A program made the position numbers and the translations under genes. The notes below the pieces were generated by a model that was given only the letters and a program-made list of their open reading frames with translations, was not told the DNA's origin and made no database searches. 58,346 nt of DNA, taken from contig JAGYMQ010000095.1 of NCBI GenBank assembly GCA_018400535.1, positions 1 to 58,346 of the forward strand. Direction: 5' to 3'. Origin of the DNA: Candidatus Cloacimonadota bacterium. Lineage in GTDB: Bacteria > Cloacimonadota > Cloacimonadia > Cloacimonadales > TCS61. Below, piece by piece: positions 58,227-58,346 of the stretch (within the stretch, counting starts at the first letter, position 1; each line of letters opens with the position of its first letter).

Positions 58227-58306
58227 TTGTCTTTCTGACGTATCTTGCACTATTTCTCATTTTTGTCATTCTGACGTATCTTCCACTATTTCTCTGGAAG
58301 AATCTC
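58227..58306. repeat. 32-bp direct repeat pair (2 mismatches, 36-bp period) upstream of the repressor
   Basis: TTGTCWTTCTGACGTATCTTSCACTATTTCTC at 58227-58258 and 58263-58294; second copy extends into a TCTTCCA/TGGAAGA hairpin. Confidence 0.85.
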
Positions 58307-58346
58307 TTGGAATTCTTTCAGCTTCACTTCTCTGTTTTCAAACAAG

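Noticed and set aside
57526-58346. Prophage boundary at the CI-like repressor
   Set aside because: No integrase, att site or phage genes inside the window; cannot be supported, although sequence beyond the edge is unseen.

Overview
A 58.3-kb AT-rich bacterial chromosomal segment, most likely from a Cloacimonadota (Ca. Cloacimonetes)-type FCB bacterium. That assignment is inferred from two secreted proteins with 'PNPFNP...KMLL.K' FlgD-Ig/Por-type C-terminal tails plus the gene complement. Left to right it carries: a secreted M1 aminopeptidase; an ECF sigma/anti-sigma/triple-PDZ operon; TolC plus a methyltransferase; a tandem HD-GYP protein; TPR-tRNA-Leu-tig-clpP-clpX; a DUF2723-uvrA-dapD-adenylate cyclase-aminotransferase-two diguanylate cyclase run; the methylmalonyl-CoA mutase large subunit; an ~18-kb Wzx/Wzy polysaccharide locus; xth, nth and tRNA-Pro; an ABC-F ATPase; an mtnA-aldolase-mtaD cluster; and an S24 repressor. 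The best candidates for new biology are: (1) a low-GC polysaccharide cassette combining a D-glucuronyl C5-epimerase, a PAPS sulfotransferase and CE4 deacetylases, the enzyme set that animals use to mature heparan sulfate; (2) several families of miniature repeat elements, two of which sit in frame inside a secretion-tail domain; (3) an anti-Shine-Dalgarno 3' UTR complementary to the ECF operon's own start region; (4) a deaminase-linked DHAP-shunt-like salvage cluster; and (5) a recurring TTGACn-N18-TTTTG promoter-like motif. No CRISPR array, rRNA, transposase or integrase was seen. All family assignments come from motif recognition by eye; no database searches were run.
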